A stretch of 64,000 nucleotides of DNA, from contig JADFYJ010000007.1 in the NCBI GenBank assembly GCA_015233115.1, positions 40,885-104,884 on the forward strand, in the 5' to 3' direction. Shown piece by piece: positions 30,201 to 39,112 of this stretch. Made by a program: the position numbers and the translations under genes. A model generated the notes under the pieces. The model saw only the letters and a program-made list of their open reading frames with translations. It was not told the origin of the DNA and searched no databases. The DNA is from Candidatus Omnitrophota bacterium. GTDB lineage: Bacteria; Omnitrophota; Gorgyraeia; Zapsychrales; Zapsychraceae. Each line of letters opens with the position of its first letter. Within the stretch, counting starts at the first letter, position 1.

Positions 30201-30587
30201 TTAGCTGATTTTAATCAAAAATATACTGTTGATGGAACATTCAAAATTCCAGCCGATTTATCAACATCCATGGCACAAAGTGTAAAAGCCATGGAATATC
30301 TTTACGATACGGACAATAACATCAGCATACCCGTCCATGTCAGCGGACAAGGAGCCAAACAACCCGTTTTCGAAGTTACCAAAACCGCCGTTGATATGGG
30401 AAAAAATGCCATTCGAAACGAAGGGAAAAAACAACTTGAAAAACTGTTAAATAAGTATATCGGAGGAAATCAAACCACTACTACGACAAATGCTGATCAA
30501 CAAGAGCAACCACCTCCGGCTGCGCAGGATAATCAATCATCAGGAACTCAAGTTATCGGCAATATTTTAAATAATATCTTTAAATAA
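27234..30587 (+). CDS. AsmA-family outer-membrane-biogenesis-like protein with about six internal 110-aa repeats
   Basis: N-terminal TM plus AsmA-like start, and repeated modules (TPLKxxxLPExLxGxxxxxI...GxxxxxNxxPGxSxxAxxxxxxxxNxxL). The C-terminus is Q/T-rich. Confidence 0.6.
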   Translation: MKKFLKILGIIFLILFTLFLIAVIGIFIFLKNFNIVQYKPQIIKAASQALGRPVDFKNIDLKVSFNDGVWLHLSDLKIEENPDFGTDSFLTAQNIRVGVDIRSYIFFRQINIPNILIDSPKINIIRDTKGMLSVQTIGQSTTPAKEKLQTPSASAAVLPAIFINSFKINNAEIHMIDKSVLPQRAIAVTQLNLSTKNFSLTNPFDLMVEGALFSPQPDLRLTGKIQLNLPSNQIKLSDFEINADLNQLSLNDLKNFPMLKGIPLPTTLKGQLITKIQQAEISDKGLGPIIMNIEFTNGIIIAPDITPGITFEANHLNFSVNNLSLSGQTPFQVNLKAALYQDQTNINFSGQILFNLQTLAMSLEKAHFETDLALWPLKKIQESITPLKNIPIPEHLTGKFQTDIHQLDATASGLNSVLLDAKWDDGAFELNNVIPGKSIAISKTTLAVQNFSINKPFTISFKTAYLSDTPNISIDGNSIFDIKNQSINIINMTLGLDLDNFPLDRLKATGFIPSNVPFPQILGGKIQTRINNLAASPKSIDNMSIDLQWQKGKITVNDIAPGISVTANNINLDVKNFSLKNPFDVTATLGYESEEPNIYFNGTAALDPDTQNIKLTNSTIKTDLAKISLDRLKETITPLKTASLPEILKGQLELVIKNLTAGAKGVTAIEANASFKDGEISMKNAAPGISFAASHIDIDLKNLGLGTPIDFNVSLGYLHDEPNIHVKGTATLNLTDQTVSLKNTNFNTDLSSFALDKLPSSIAALKNASLPEKLHGQFEINISEALAGPKGLLTLSSKGSLKDGEVKLKELTVPIKGLDTTFDLTQNDFTMTAIKANLGKGEITAQADVSNYLTEQNFNIKAEVKGIDLAEILDQQKASVKIQGLLSGDIKAQGKGADLNSITGNGKLDIKEAKLKDLNVLKTILDKISFIPNASSQIQTNLPDKYKQKLNQPDTDINKIAVTCAIANSQITIDPIAVEADEFIFSGKSLADFNQKYTVDGTFKIPADLSTSMAQSVKAMEYLYDTDNNISIPVHVSGQGAKQPVFEVTKTAVDMGKNAIRNEGKKQLEKLLNKYIGGNQTTTTTNADQQEQPPPAAQDNQSSGTQVIGNILNNIFK

Positions 30588-30650
30588 TATAAATAAGACA
30601 GTAGACTTTGTGCTTATAGCCATTTAAAAAAAATTAAGTAGACTTAAGTC

Positions 30651-31400
30651 ATGAAAAAAATTCTGATTGTTGATGATAATGAAGACCTCCGAAGCGAAAT
30701 GCGCGATTTTCTTGATGAATACGAAACCATTGAAGCTTCAACAGGCGAAGAAGCTTTAAAAATATTAGGACGCGCGCATAATATTGGACTGGTCATTTTA
30801 GACGTTCGTATGCCCGGCATAACTGGTATTGATGTGCTGGAAGAACTCCGAAAAACTGAGCCCGAACTTGGCGTTATCATATTAACCGGCTTCAGTTCTA
30901 AAGATGTCGTCATTGATGCCTTAAAATCGCAAGCGAACGATTATATTGAGAAACCCATCAACATCCAAAAATTTCATGAATCTGTCAAAAAGATCATGGC
31001 TAAACAAAATGGCGAAAAAAATATCTCTGATCTCGACCTCTCTGGAAAAATGGCAAAAATTAAAGAATTTTTAGAAATTAACTGTTTCAAAAAAGTTTGC
31101 TTAGAAGATGCCGCCAGTATCGTTAATATGAGTCCTAAATACCTAAGCCGTATTTTTAAAGAGTCCCTAGGAGTAGGCTTCAACGATTACAAATTAAAAA
31201 TCAAAATTGAACGTGCACAAGAACTATTAACCCAATATGGCTATACTGTAAATCAAATATCATCAAAACTCGCCTATGAAAATACTGAATCATTTATCCG
31301 GCAATTTAAAAGATTTTGTGGAACCACCCCGTCAAGCTACCGACAAAGCATGAGCAAAACAAGCAAAATCAAGTCAAAAGCATTAGGCCAACGACCATAA
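30651..31400 (+). CDS. Response regulator with a C-terminal AraC-type HTH
   Basis: Receiver (DDxxxxR...D...MPGxxG...K) followed by an AraC HTH (SPKYLSRIFKE). Confidence 0.8.
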   Translation: MKKILIVDDNEDLRSEMRDFLDEYETIEASTGEEALKILGRAHNIGLVILDVRMPGITGIDVLEELRKTEPELGVIILTGFSSKDVVIDALKSQANDYIEKPINIQKFHESVKKIMAKQNGEKNISDLDLSGKMAKIKEFLEINCFKKVCLEDAASIVNMSPKYLSRIFKESLGVGFNDYKLKIKIERAQELLTQYGYTVNQISSKLAYENTESFIRQFKRFCGTTPSSYRQSMSKTSKIKSKALGQRP

Positions 31401-31548
31401 CTTATAACCTATAACCGATTACCTTCTTGTTATCCTGCCTTTTGTAGTAGAAATAAGTCAATAAATAGACGAACCCGCCAATTACCATTTTTTTGCTGCA
31501 AGATATAATGTCCCTAATTATAAAAATAATTTCTATTAAGAATGTACT

Positions 31549-31917
31549 ATGCCAAATAAACGAATACTGATTGTTGATAATGATAAAACATTTTTATCTG
31601 AATTAGGCGAAACTTTAGAACTTAGCGGATATGATATGGTCGTGGTTGACGATCCGCGAAAAACTATTGAAATGGCAGATCTATATGATATAAGTTTATT
31701 TTTGCTTGATCTAAAAATGCCCGCTCTCACTGGTTTTGAATTGGCCCATGAATTAAACCATATTTCACGTTTTTCGCATATTCCTATAATCGCCATGTCC
31801 GGTTACTACAAAACTGAATACGAATCAATATTTGAAACTTGTGGAATCAGAAAATGTTTAAAAAAGCCTTTTAAACCATTGGATTTAATCACGCAAATTG
31901 AAACCATTTTATTATAA
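31549..31917 (+). CDS. Single-domain response regulator (CheY-like)
   Basis: Receiver-domain motifs (IVDND, LDLKMP). Confidence 0.7.
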   Translation: MPNKRILIVDNDKTFLSELGETLELSGYDMVVVDDPRKTIEMADLYDISLFLLDLKMPALTGFELAHELNHISRFSHIPIIAMSGYYKTEYESIFETCGIRKCLKKPFKPLDLITQIETILL

Positions 31918-31941
31918 ACAATATTAATCAATGAGGTCATC

Positions 31942-32382
31942 ATGGAAAACATTAAAAATGAGTTGGTTAAACTTCTTAATCAGGCTTTAGAATTAGAACA
32001 TGCCGCGCGAATCCAGTATCTTGCTCATGCAGAACTGATTAAAGGCTTAAACGCCGAAAAAATCATTGAACGTCTTACTGAAATTGCCGCAGATGAAGAC
32101 AAGCACGAAAAAAAAATCCGCAATCTGATAGGCAACTATCTCGGAGGAGAACCGTCAATGGCCCTGGCTGCTACACATCGCGCTACTGAGATGATTGAAA
32201 TTCTTCAGACCAATTTAAAAGACGAGAAAGACGCCATAAATTTTTATAAAAAAATTTATAAAACAATTACTGAAAATAAAGAAAATTTACCTTATGAATT
32301 CGAAACGCTGGAACATGAAATTCGGCATATTATTTTAGATGAACAAGAGCATGCCAGCGAACTTTCCGTTTTATTGGAATAA
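31942..32382 (+). CDS. Ferritin-like diiron domain protein
   Basis: Paired E...EH/ExxH motifs (LELEHAA, DEDKHEK, LEHEIRH, EQEHASE). Confidence 0.55.
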   Translation: MENIKNELVKLLNQALELEHAARIQYLAHAELIKGLNAEKIIERLTEIAADEDKHEKKIRNLIGNYLGGEPSMALAATHRATEMIEILQTNLKDEKDAINFYKKIYKTITENKENLPYEFETLEHEIRHIILDEQEHASELSVLLE

Positions 32383-32451
32383 ATTTAAACATATTAAAAT
32401 TATCACGAAGCCCAACGTTCGATCAATTCATTAATTTGAAAAAATAAACGC

Positions 32452-34179
32452 ATGGATCCCACACCCACAGAATTTAATATCCGCATCGCAGGTGAAGCCG
32501 GTCAAGGGATAGAAACCTTTGGCTCTGCTTTGTGTCATATTTATAAAAAATCCGGCTTCCATATTTTCGCCAACCAAGATTATATGTCCCGAATCCGCGG
32601 CGGTAATAACTATTTTCAAATTAGAGTATCCGAAGCTGAAATTTTTTCTTGCCGGGAAAAAATTGATATCTTGGTCGCGTTAGATCTGCCCAGCATCTCA
32701 CTTCATCAATCAAACTTGCATAAAAACGGAATCATTCTATTAGATAAAGCAAAATTTAATATGACTCAAAATGAACCCAATTACTTTGATATTCCTTTAT
32801 TTGCCCTAGCACAAAAAATGGGGGGAAGCGAACTTTATGTTAATTCCATCATGTGCGGCATCATGGCTTATATTACCTCAGCAGAACTATCCCTTTTGCT
32901 TAAAACTACGCGAATCATCTTTAAAGACAAAACCGAAGAAATCATTAATAAAAATATTCTAGCCGTCAAGGCCGGATTTGATTTTGCTCAAAATTATTAT
33001 AAAGGAAAACTATTTAAAATTAATCCATCTGTCACAATTCCTCACTTATTGATGAACGGAAATGATGCCATAGCACTCGGAGCGATCAAAGCCGGATGCA
33101 AATTTTATTCCGCTTATCCGATGTCACCATCAACCAGCATTATGACAGTTGTCGCCCATTATGCTAAAAAATTTAATATCATTGTGGAACAAGCAGAAGA
33201 TGAAATTGCGGCGGTCAACATGGTCATTGGCGCCTCATTTGCCGGCGTTCGCTCCATGACGGCCACTTCTGGAGGAGGATTTGCTCTTATGGCTGAAGGC
33301 GTCAGTTTAGCAGCCATGACAGAAACTCCCCTGGTCATCGTTGACGCTCAAAGGCCAGCTCCAGCCACTGGTTTGCCAACGCGGACTGAACAAGCCGACC
33401 TTAATTTCCTGATCCATGCCGGTCATGGGGAATTTGCTAAAATTATTTTGGCTCCTGGAACGATTGAAGAAGCATTTACACTAACGATCCGGGCCTTTGA
33501 GTTGGCAGAACAATATCAAATTCCAGTTTTTATTCTCACAGATCAGCATCTAGCGGATTCATATAAAGACATTGACAATTTGGAAGGAAGGAATCAAAAA
33601 ATGGTTCGACACATAATCTCCAAAAATGAATCTATTAATTTACTAAACTACAAACGTTACCAAATGACCGAAACAGGAATTTCCCCCCGCGCTATCCCAT
33701 CATGGATTTCTCAACCGATTTATGTGGATAGTGATGAACATACCGAAGAAGGACATATCACCGAAGACGCAGACATACGTCGAAAAATGGTGGAAAAAAG
33801 GCTTTACCTAAAAAATAAGGGACTGCGAAACGAAATTTTAAAACAAAAAGCTTTTCAGCTTGAAAATGCTGATCTGATTTTACTAGGGTTTGGATCCACT
33901 TTTGGTGTGATGAAAGAAGCGTGTGAAAAAATTTCAAATCATCGCGTAGGATTCATCCATCTATCCCAAGTATGGCCCTTTCCCACAGATGAAATATTGG
34001 AATATTTAAAAGGAGCAAAAAAAATATATACCATCGAAAATAATGCGACAGGACAACTGGCAGGAATTATCCGACAAGAAACTACCTTAAAAATTCATGG
34101 TTCTATTTTAAAATTTGATGGCAGGCCATTTAATTTAGATTTGGTTATTGAAATAATAAACAAGGCTTTCAACAAATGA
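32452..34179 (+). CDS. korA: 2-oxoacid:ferredoxin oxidoreductase subunit alpha (KorA-like, fused gamma/alpha)
   Basis: A 575-aa OFOR alpha architecture, co-transcribed with the TPP-binding beta subunit. Confidence 0.75.
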   Translation: MDPTPTEFNIRIAGEAGQGIETFGSALCHIYKKSGFHIFANQDYMSRIRGGNNYFQIRVSEAEIFSCREKIDILVALDLPSISLHQSNLHKNGIILLDKAKFNMTQNEPNYFDIPLFALAQKMGGSELYVNSIMCGIMAYITSAELSLLLKTTRIIFKDKTEEIINKNILAVKAGFDFAQNYYKGKLFKINPSVTIPHLLMNGNDAIALGAIKAGCKFYSAYPMSPSTSIMTVVAHYAKKFNIIVEQAEDEIAAVNMVIGASFAGVRSMTATSGGGFALMAEGVSLAAMTETPLVIVDAQRPAPATGLPTRTEQADLNFLIHAGHGEFAKIILAPGTIEEAFTLTIRAFELAEQYQIPVFILTDQHLADSYKDIDNLEGRNQKMVRHIISKNESINLLNYKRYQMTETGISPRAIPSWISQPIYVDSDEHTEEGHITEDADIRRKMVEKRLYLKNKGLRNEILKQKAFQLENADLILLGFGSTFGVMKEACEKISNHRVGFIHLSQVWPFPTDEILEYLKGAKKIYTIENNATGQLAGIIRQETTLKIHGSILKFDGRPFNLDLVIEIINKAFNK

Positions 34180-35033
34180 ACGTATCCGATTTACAATCTC
34201 ATGACGAAATTGCCTGGTGTCCAGGATGCGGCGATTTTGGAATTTTAAATGCCGTCAAAAAAGCCCTGGTTAAACACAACCGCGACCCAAAAGATATTTT
34301 ATTAGTTTCAGGCATAGGGCAGGCAGCCAAGCTTCCACACTATATCCGCTGCAATTGTTTTAATGGCCTGCATGGACGCGCGCTTCCTCCGGCAGTAGCC
34401 GCTAAAATTGTAAACCGGAACCTTACCGTTATCGTCACAACAGGTGAAGGAGATTGCTACGGAGAAGGGGGCAATCATTTTTTACATAATATTAGAAGGA
34501 ATGTTGATATTACAGTCATTGTTCATGACAACCACATTTATGGTTTAACTAAAGGCCAAGCCTCTCCCACGACAGACCTGGGATATCAAACAAAAATCCA
34601 AACTTCTGGTGTTATTGTGGAGCCATTTAATCCCTTAGAAGTCGCGATCGCTTTGGGCTGTGGTTTTGTGGCACGTGGATACTCCGCGGACTCCGATCAT
34701 CTGGCAGAACTTATTCTAGCGGGAATAAATCACCGAGGTTTTTCTTTAATCAATGTATTACAGCCCTGCGTTTCTTTTAATCATAAAAATACGTATGAAT
34801 GGTATTCAAAAAGAATTTATAAAGTAGATCAGGAAGCTGATTATGATGTCTCCAATAAATTTTCCGCTTACCATAAATGTGGTGAATGGGATGACCGCAT
34901 TCCCATCGGAATTATTTATAAAACCGAAAGAACCACTTATGAAGATCGAAGCGGGATCAATGAAAAACAACCTTTAGTGGACGAGATAATAAATAATATA
35001 AACATCGAAAATATACTCGATGATTTTATATAA
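34176..35033 (+). CDS. korB: 2-oxoacid:ferredoxin oxidoreductase subunit beta (TPP-binding)
   Basis: CPGCGDFG and GDG...E TPP-binding motifs. Confidence 0.8.
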   Translation: MNVSDLQSHDEIAWCPGCGDFGILNAVKKALVKHNRDPKDILLVSGIGQAAKLPHYIRCNCFNGLHGRALPPAVAAKIVNRNLTVIVTTGEGDCYGEGGNHFLHNIRRNVDITVIVHDNHIYGLTKGQASPTTDLGYQTKIQTSGVIVEPFNPLEVAIALGCGFVARGYSADSDHLAELILAGINHRGFSLINVLQPCVSFNHKNTYEWYSKRIYKVDQEADYDVSNKFSAYHKCGEWDDRIPIGIIYKTERTTYEDRSGINEKQPLVDEIINNINIENILDDFI

Positions 35034-35178
35034 TATGATCCCGCTACGGTCACTGGGTCGTGACCTTGCTTGAACAGCAAGCTTCGCGTTGCTCAGCTCC
35101 GCGGGATAAATTCGTGCGGCTGACTTGATGTCGCGATAAACGCTCCATAAGTCAGGCACTCATAATAAGGAGGTAAGT

Positions 35179-35520
35179 ATGTCACCATGTGATCCCAAAA
35201 CCGGCGTTTGTGAAGTTCCACAAAGCAGTTCTAGCCCAGCATCGTCTTGCGCTAGCAAATGCGCCTGCGGCAGTGAATCTTGCTGCACTGACCCAATCGC
35301 GTGTCAAACGAAAATGTTGACCTGCGCTTTTTGGGAAGCTAAAAAAGCCGTGATGGTGGATATTCTCAAATTAAAAATCCAGAAAAGCTGCGGCAAAAAA
35401 ATGGAAATGGCTGCTGATGCCATCGTGGAAGCTATGGAAGTCAAAAAAGATTCCATGATCGCAATGGCCAAAGCCAAAGAAGAATTCATGAATAAACTAA
35501 AAAGTATGTGCAAAGAATAA
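35179..35520 (+). CDS. Cysteine-rich small protein (14 Cys in 113 aa), function unknown
   Basis: Strong RBS aaggagg. N-terminal C-x-C-rich region followed by a Lys/Met/Ala-rich helical region. Confidence 0.55.
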   Translation: MSPCDPKTGVCEVPQSSSSPASSCASKCACGSESCCTDPIACQTKMLTCAFWEAKKAVMVDILKLKIQKSCGKKMEMAADAIVEAMEVKKDSMIAMAKAKEEFMNKLKSMCKE

Positions 35521-35528
35521 CAAAAATA

Positions 35529-35745
35529 GCATGTAGTATGTCGTATGTGGTATGTAGCAAAAACAAAAAACGTAGAAGAAAATTAATAGGCTGTCATTCC
35601 CGCGAAAGCGGGAATCCAAAAAAAAAATTATTTATTACTGGATCCCCGATTTAAACACTCGGGGATGACAAAACGAACTTTTCGACTTATTTTAAATTTC
35701 ACTTTCGTTTTTCTCGCTACATACCACATACGACATACTACATGC
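35529..35745 (+). repeat. Inverted oligo-repeat pair (gcatgtagtatgtcgtatgtggtatgtagc / gctacataccacatacgacatactacatgc) enclosing the double-hairpin element at 35592-35670
   Basis: Near-perfect 30-bp reverse-complement arms, read directly. Confidence 0.75.
35592..35670 (+). repeat. Double-hairpin repeat element, copy 1 (tgtcattcccgcgaaagcgggaatcca...tggatccccga...tcggggatgaca)
   Basis: Three copies share more than 85% identity in the hairpin modules. Hairpin 1 is tcccgc-GAAA-gcggga (GNRA loop); hairpin 2 is ccccga-N8-tcgggg; the outer tgtcat/atgaca closing pair is conserved. Confidence 0.8.
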
Positions 35746-35759
35746 TTTAAAGGAGTTCT

Positions 35760-36260
35760 ATGGATATCTACGATTATGCCATGCAATTAGAAAAAGAAGG
35801 CGAGGATCTTTATAAAAAATTTGCTGATACGACAAACGATCCGATGTTAACTAATATTTTTACTTGGCTGGCCCAACAGGAAAAACAGCACTATGACATA
35901 TTTAAAAAAATGAAAGAAGATCAGCCGATCCGTTTAGATCCGCCGGTTTCATTCATAAATGATGTTAAAAACATATTTTCTGAATGGAAAAAACAAAAAG
36001 TACCATCACTCGCCACTCAAGCACAGGCTGATGTTTACCGGACGGCGTTGACTGTTGAACAAAAAAGTATTGATCTTTACACTAAAGATGCGATTCTTAT
36101 TCATGAACCTGAAAAAGAAAAAATTTTTCTTCGTCTGGCGTCAGAAGAAAAAAAACATTTTGTCATAGTTGAAAATATTATTGAATTTATCAGTAAGCCT
36201 GAACACTGGGTGGAACACGCCGAATTCACCCATGATTTGGAAAAAGATTATTATTTATAA
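35760..36260 (+). CDS. Ferritin-like/rubrerythrin-family domain protein
   Basis: ExxH pairs (QQEKQHYD, EEKKHFV) on a four-helix bundle pattern. Confidence 0.5.
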   Translation: MDIYDYAMQLEKEGEDLYKKFADTTNDPMLTNIFTWLAQQEKQHYDIFKKMKEDQPIRLDPPVSFINDVKNIFSEWKKQKVPSLATQAQADVYRTALTVEQKSIDLYTKDAILIHEPEKEKIFLRLASEEKKHFVIVENIIEFISKPEHWVEHAEFTHDLEKDYYL

Positions 36261-36273
36261 AAAAGCGGTTTTT

Positions 36274-36347
36274 AGTTGTTGGTTGGTGGTTGTTGGTAAA
36301 AAATTCGATTCACTTTTCCAAAAACCAAAAACAATCAACCATAAACC
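36274..36347 (+). repeat. Inverted oligo-repeat pair (agttgttggttggtggttgttggt / ccaaaaaccaaaaacaatcaaccataaacc)
   Basis: G/T-rich arm and its A/C-rich approximate reverse complement, read directly. Confidence 0.6.
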
Positions 36348-36467
36348 AATATTTCCAAATTTATTTAATAAGTCTTGACGATTTCTAATTATGCGCAACA
36401 ATAGCATAATTAACATTTCGATGGATGATAGATGATGGCTTAACCACAAACCAACCGTATTTATCTG

Positions 36468-37430
36468 ATGAATCGCCCTTACCATAATCCGACAAATAAT
36501 TATAATCAGCGCCGTTCTATGCAGCGTCCAGCGTATCATCCGCCGGTTCGCAATTTAAGCGACGCCGAGAAAAAATTCATGAGCGGAACAGTCATTGATC
36601 CATGCCCACGGATCCGCTTAGAAGACGGCTCTGACAAACTCAGCATGCGCGCCATGGATTTGATTTGTCCGATCGGCATGGGACAGAGGGGATTGATTGT
36701 CGCGCCGCCCGGATCAGGGAAAACCACCTTTCTTAAAGATATTTGTCAAGCCGTCATTAAAAGCTGTCCACAAATCAAACTGTATTGCCTGCTGATTGAC
36801 GAAAGGCCGGAAGAAGTCACTGACTTTAAACGCGCGGTATCAGCAGAAATCCGCTCATCGTCTTCTGATCAGAGCTATGATCAACATGTGGCGGTCGCTG
36901 ATGAATTAATGAGGCAAGTGGTCAGCGAAGCAGGGAATGGAGAGAATGTGATGGTGTTAATTGATTCACTGACTCGTCTTTCCAGAGTCCATAACGCGGA
37001 GCAGCGTAACAGCGGCAGGACGTTATCTGGCGGCATGGATGCCCGCGCGCTTGAAGTCCCCAGACGTATTTTTGGTTCAGCCCGTAAAATCGAAAACGGA
37101 GGATCACTTTCCATTCTGGCTACTATTTTAATCGAAACCGGCAGCCGCATGGATGAAGTGATATTTGAAGAATTCAAAGGCACAGGGAACATGGAAATTG
37201 TACTTTCCCGTGAAATCGCTAACCATAGAATTTATCCAGCCATTAACATTAGCCGCAGTGCCACCCGCAAAGAAGAATTGCTTTTAAGCCCTGATGAGCT
37301 TGAACCTGTCCGCAATATCAGGCGTGCCTTAATCGGATTAAACCAGGTTGAAGCCGCCCAAACCTTGGTTGATATGCTTCGAAAATTTCCCACCAATAAA
37401 GAACTTCTGCAACGACAAAGTACAGAGTAG
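36468..37430 (+). CDS. rho: Transcription termination factor Rho, lacking the N-terminal OB-fold RNA-binding domain
   Basis: GQRGLIVAPPGSGKTT (Walker A), LIDERPEEVT, Q-loop and R-loop regions and a C-terminal GTGNMEIVLSR are all present. Only about 45 residues precede the ATPase core, against about 130 in canonical Rho. Confidence 0.8.
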   Translation: MNRPYHNPTNNYNQRRSMQRPAYHPPVRNLSDAEKKFMSGTVIDPCPRIRLEDGSDKLSMRAMDLICPIGMGQRGLIVAPPGSGKTTFLKDICQAVIKSCPQIKLYCLLIDERPEEVTDFKRAVSAEIRSSSSDQSYDQHVAVADELMRQVVSEAGNGENVMVLIDSLTRLSRVHNAEQRNSGRTLSGGMDARALEVPRRIFGSARKIENGGSLSILATILIETGSRMDEVIFEEFKGTGNMEIVLSREIANHRIYPAINISRSATRKEELLLSPDELEPVRNIRRALIGLNQVEAAQTLVDMLRKFPTNKELLQRQSTE

Positions 37431-37600
37431 AGAGTACAAAGTACAGAGTAAAAAACAAGACAAAATATTTTAAAAAATATAATTATAAAATCTAAAAATT
37501 TTTTTAAATTTCGATCCAAATCAACTTATTTGCTCACTCCAATTTAATCTATTTTTTTAATTTTCACTCTGTACTCTGCGTACTCTGCGTCTCTGTACTG
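37419..37600 (+). repeat. Inverted oligo-repeat pair (agtacagagtagagagtacaaagtacagagta / cactctgtactctgcgtactctgcgtctctgtactg) flanking a 110-bp AT-rich spacer; the left arm overlaps the rho stop
   Basis: Reverse-complementary gtacagagta units, read directly. Confidence 0.7.
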
Positions 37601-37683
37601 TATTTGTAACTCTTGACAGTCGCGGGTCTTTGGATATAATATTTGATATAAGCTATTTAAAACATTAACTTTAGGAGGGGATC

Positions 37684-37890
37684 ATGGCAACATTAAACAA
37701 GGAAGAATTACTTAAAAACCCAAAAGTCAAAGCAGAAATTGACCGATATAAATGGTGCGAAAGCGAAAAAGCCGGACATGATATCGGTATTGATAAAGCT
37801 GTCAATGACTGGTTTAAAATTCATGCTGAAAAATGGGTAGCCAAAAATCTACCTGCGCCTAAAAAAACTCCGACATTTAAATTATTCTAA
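37684..37890 (+). CDS. Small hypothetical protein (68 aa)
   Basis: Strong RBS ggagggg; KWCESEKAGHDIG motif not assigned to a family. Confidence 0.5.
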   Translation: MATLNKEELLKNPKVKAEIDRYKWCESEKAGHDIGIDKAVNDWFKIHAEKWVAKNLPAPKKTPTFKLF

Positions 37891-37946
37891 GCTATAGCAT
37901 TTCGGACATTAGAAACGAGGGGCACAAAACTTAATAAGCTAGTTTA

Positions 37947-38018
37947 TAGTTGTTGGCTTGTAGTTGTTAGCTATCAAATTTTTTTCTCCAAACACCAAAA
38001 ACAATCAACCATCAACAA
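37947..38018 (+). repeat. Inverted oligo-repeat pair (tagttgttggcttgtagttgttagc / ccaaacaccaaaaacaatcaaccatcaacaa)
   Basis: Same unit family as 36274-36347. Confidence 0.6.
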
Positions 38019-38054
38019 TAAATATTTTACTGTTAAGTATTGTGTCCCCGTTAA

Positions 38055-38807
38055 CTAATAAGCAATCAAATCTTTAATAACTTCACCTGCCATAATAAGG
38101 CCTGCAACTGACGGCACAAAAGATATGCTTCCAGGAATGCTCCTACGGGAGGTACATTTGCGTACTGTGCCTTTAGGGCAGATACAGTTAATCTGACAAT
38201 TTGCATCGTCCGCTTCAAGAGGTTTAATAACTTCTTCCAGGGAATAAACAACTTTAAGTGCCGTTATTCCTCTTATACGTAATTCTCTGCGCATAACTTT
38301 ACAAAGAGGGCAGGTAGAGGTTGAAAACAAATCTGCCACTTGAAACCGGGTAGGATCAAGTTTGTTTCCCGCGCCCATGCAACTAATGACCGGAATATTC
38401 ATTTCTTTAGCCCGGATCACAATATCAATTTTCGCGGTGACTGTATCAACCGCATCTACGATATAATCGTAATCCTTACGGATTAAATTCTCGCCGCATT
38501 CAGGCAAATAAAAGGTTTGAAATATTTCCACTTCAGCGTGCGGATTAATCTCCAAAATTCTTTCTTTCATCACTTCGACCTTGAATCTACCTACAGTTTT
38601 TCTGGTCGCGTGTAATTGTCGATTAATATTGGTCAAACAAATCCGGTCATCATCTACCAAAACAAATTTTCCCACACCGGATCTCACTAATCCTTCAACC
38701 GTAAAACTACCGACACCTCCAATACCAAATATTGCCACTTTAGATGTCTTAAGTTTTTTCAATGCATCTTTTCCGATTAACAATTCAGTTCTAGAAAATT
38801 CGTGCAT
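38055..38807 (-). CDS. tcdA: tRNA threonylcarbamoyladenosine dehydratase (ThiF/MoeB-family E1-like, TcdA/CsdL)
   Basis: GIGGVGS Rossmann motif and a short ThiF-fold with a Cys-rich C-terminus, matching the TcdA architecture. Confidence 0.7.
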   Translation of the reverse strand: MHEFSRTELLIGKDALKKLKTSKVAIFGIGGVGSFTVEGLVRSGVGKFVLVDDDRICLTNINRQLHATRKTVGRFKVEVMKERILEINPHAEVEIFQTFYLPECGENLIRKDYDYIVDAVDTVTAKIDIVIRAKEMNIPVISCMGAGNKLDPTRFQVADLFSTSTCPLCKVMRRELRIRGITALKVVYSLEEVIKPLEADDANCQINCICPKGTVRKCTSRRSIPGSISFVPSVAGLIMAGEVIKDLIAY

Positions 38808-38849
38808 ATAAACCTTTTTTTCAGTAAAATATGTTATACTTTTTTAATT

Positions 38850-39110
38850 ATGAACATTATCTGGGAAAAAGACACAGAATGCAAATTTAAAGAACTCCTG
38901 GAAAAAATTCCCGTGTTTATGCGGAGCTTTGCCGAGGAGAAGGTTTCCAAAAGGATCAAGATTATTCTCGAGCAAGATCAACGCGCTGAAATTACCGAAA
39001 AAGATCTGGTCGACGCGTTTTTTAAAGAAACTCCTTTTGGTTTTCATGGCCCCATGAAAACAGACATGAATAATGCGGGTATTGATTATACAAAATATGG
39101 ATATAAATGA
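38850..39110 (+). CDS. PCP_red (BchB C-terminal-like) domain small protein
   Basis: WEKD...ELLEKIPVFMRSFAEEKVSKRIKII...ITEKDLVDAFFKE resembles standalone PCP reductase-family domains. The start is moved to MNIIW to avoid overlap with the divergent tcdA. Confidence 0.45.
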   Translation: MNIIWEKDTECKFKELLEKIPVFMRSFAEEKVSKRIKIILEQDQRAEITEKDLVDAFFKETPFGFHGPMKTDMNNAGIDYTKYGYK

Positions 39111-39112
39111 AG

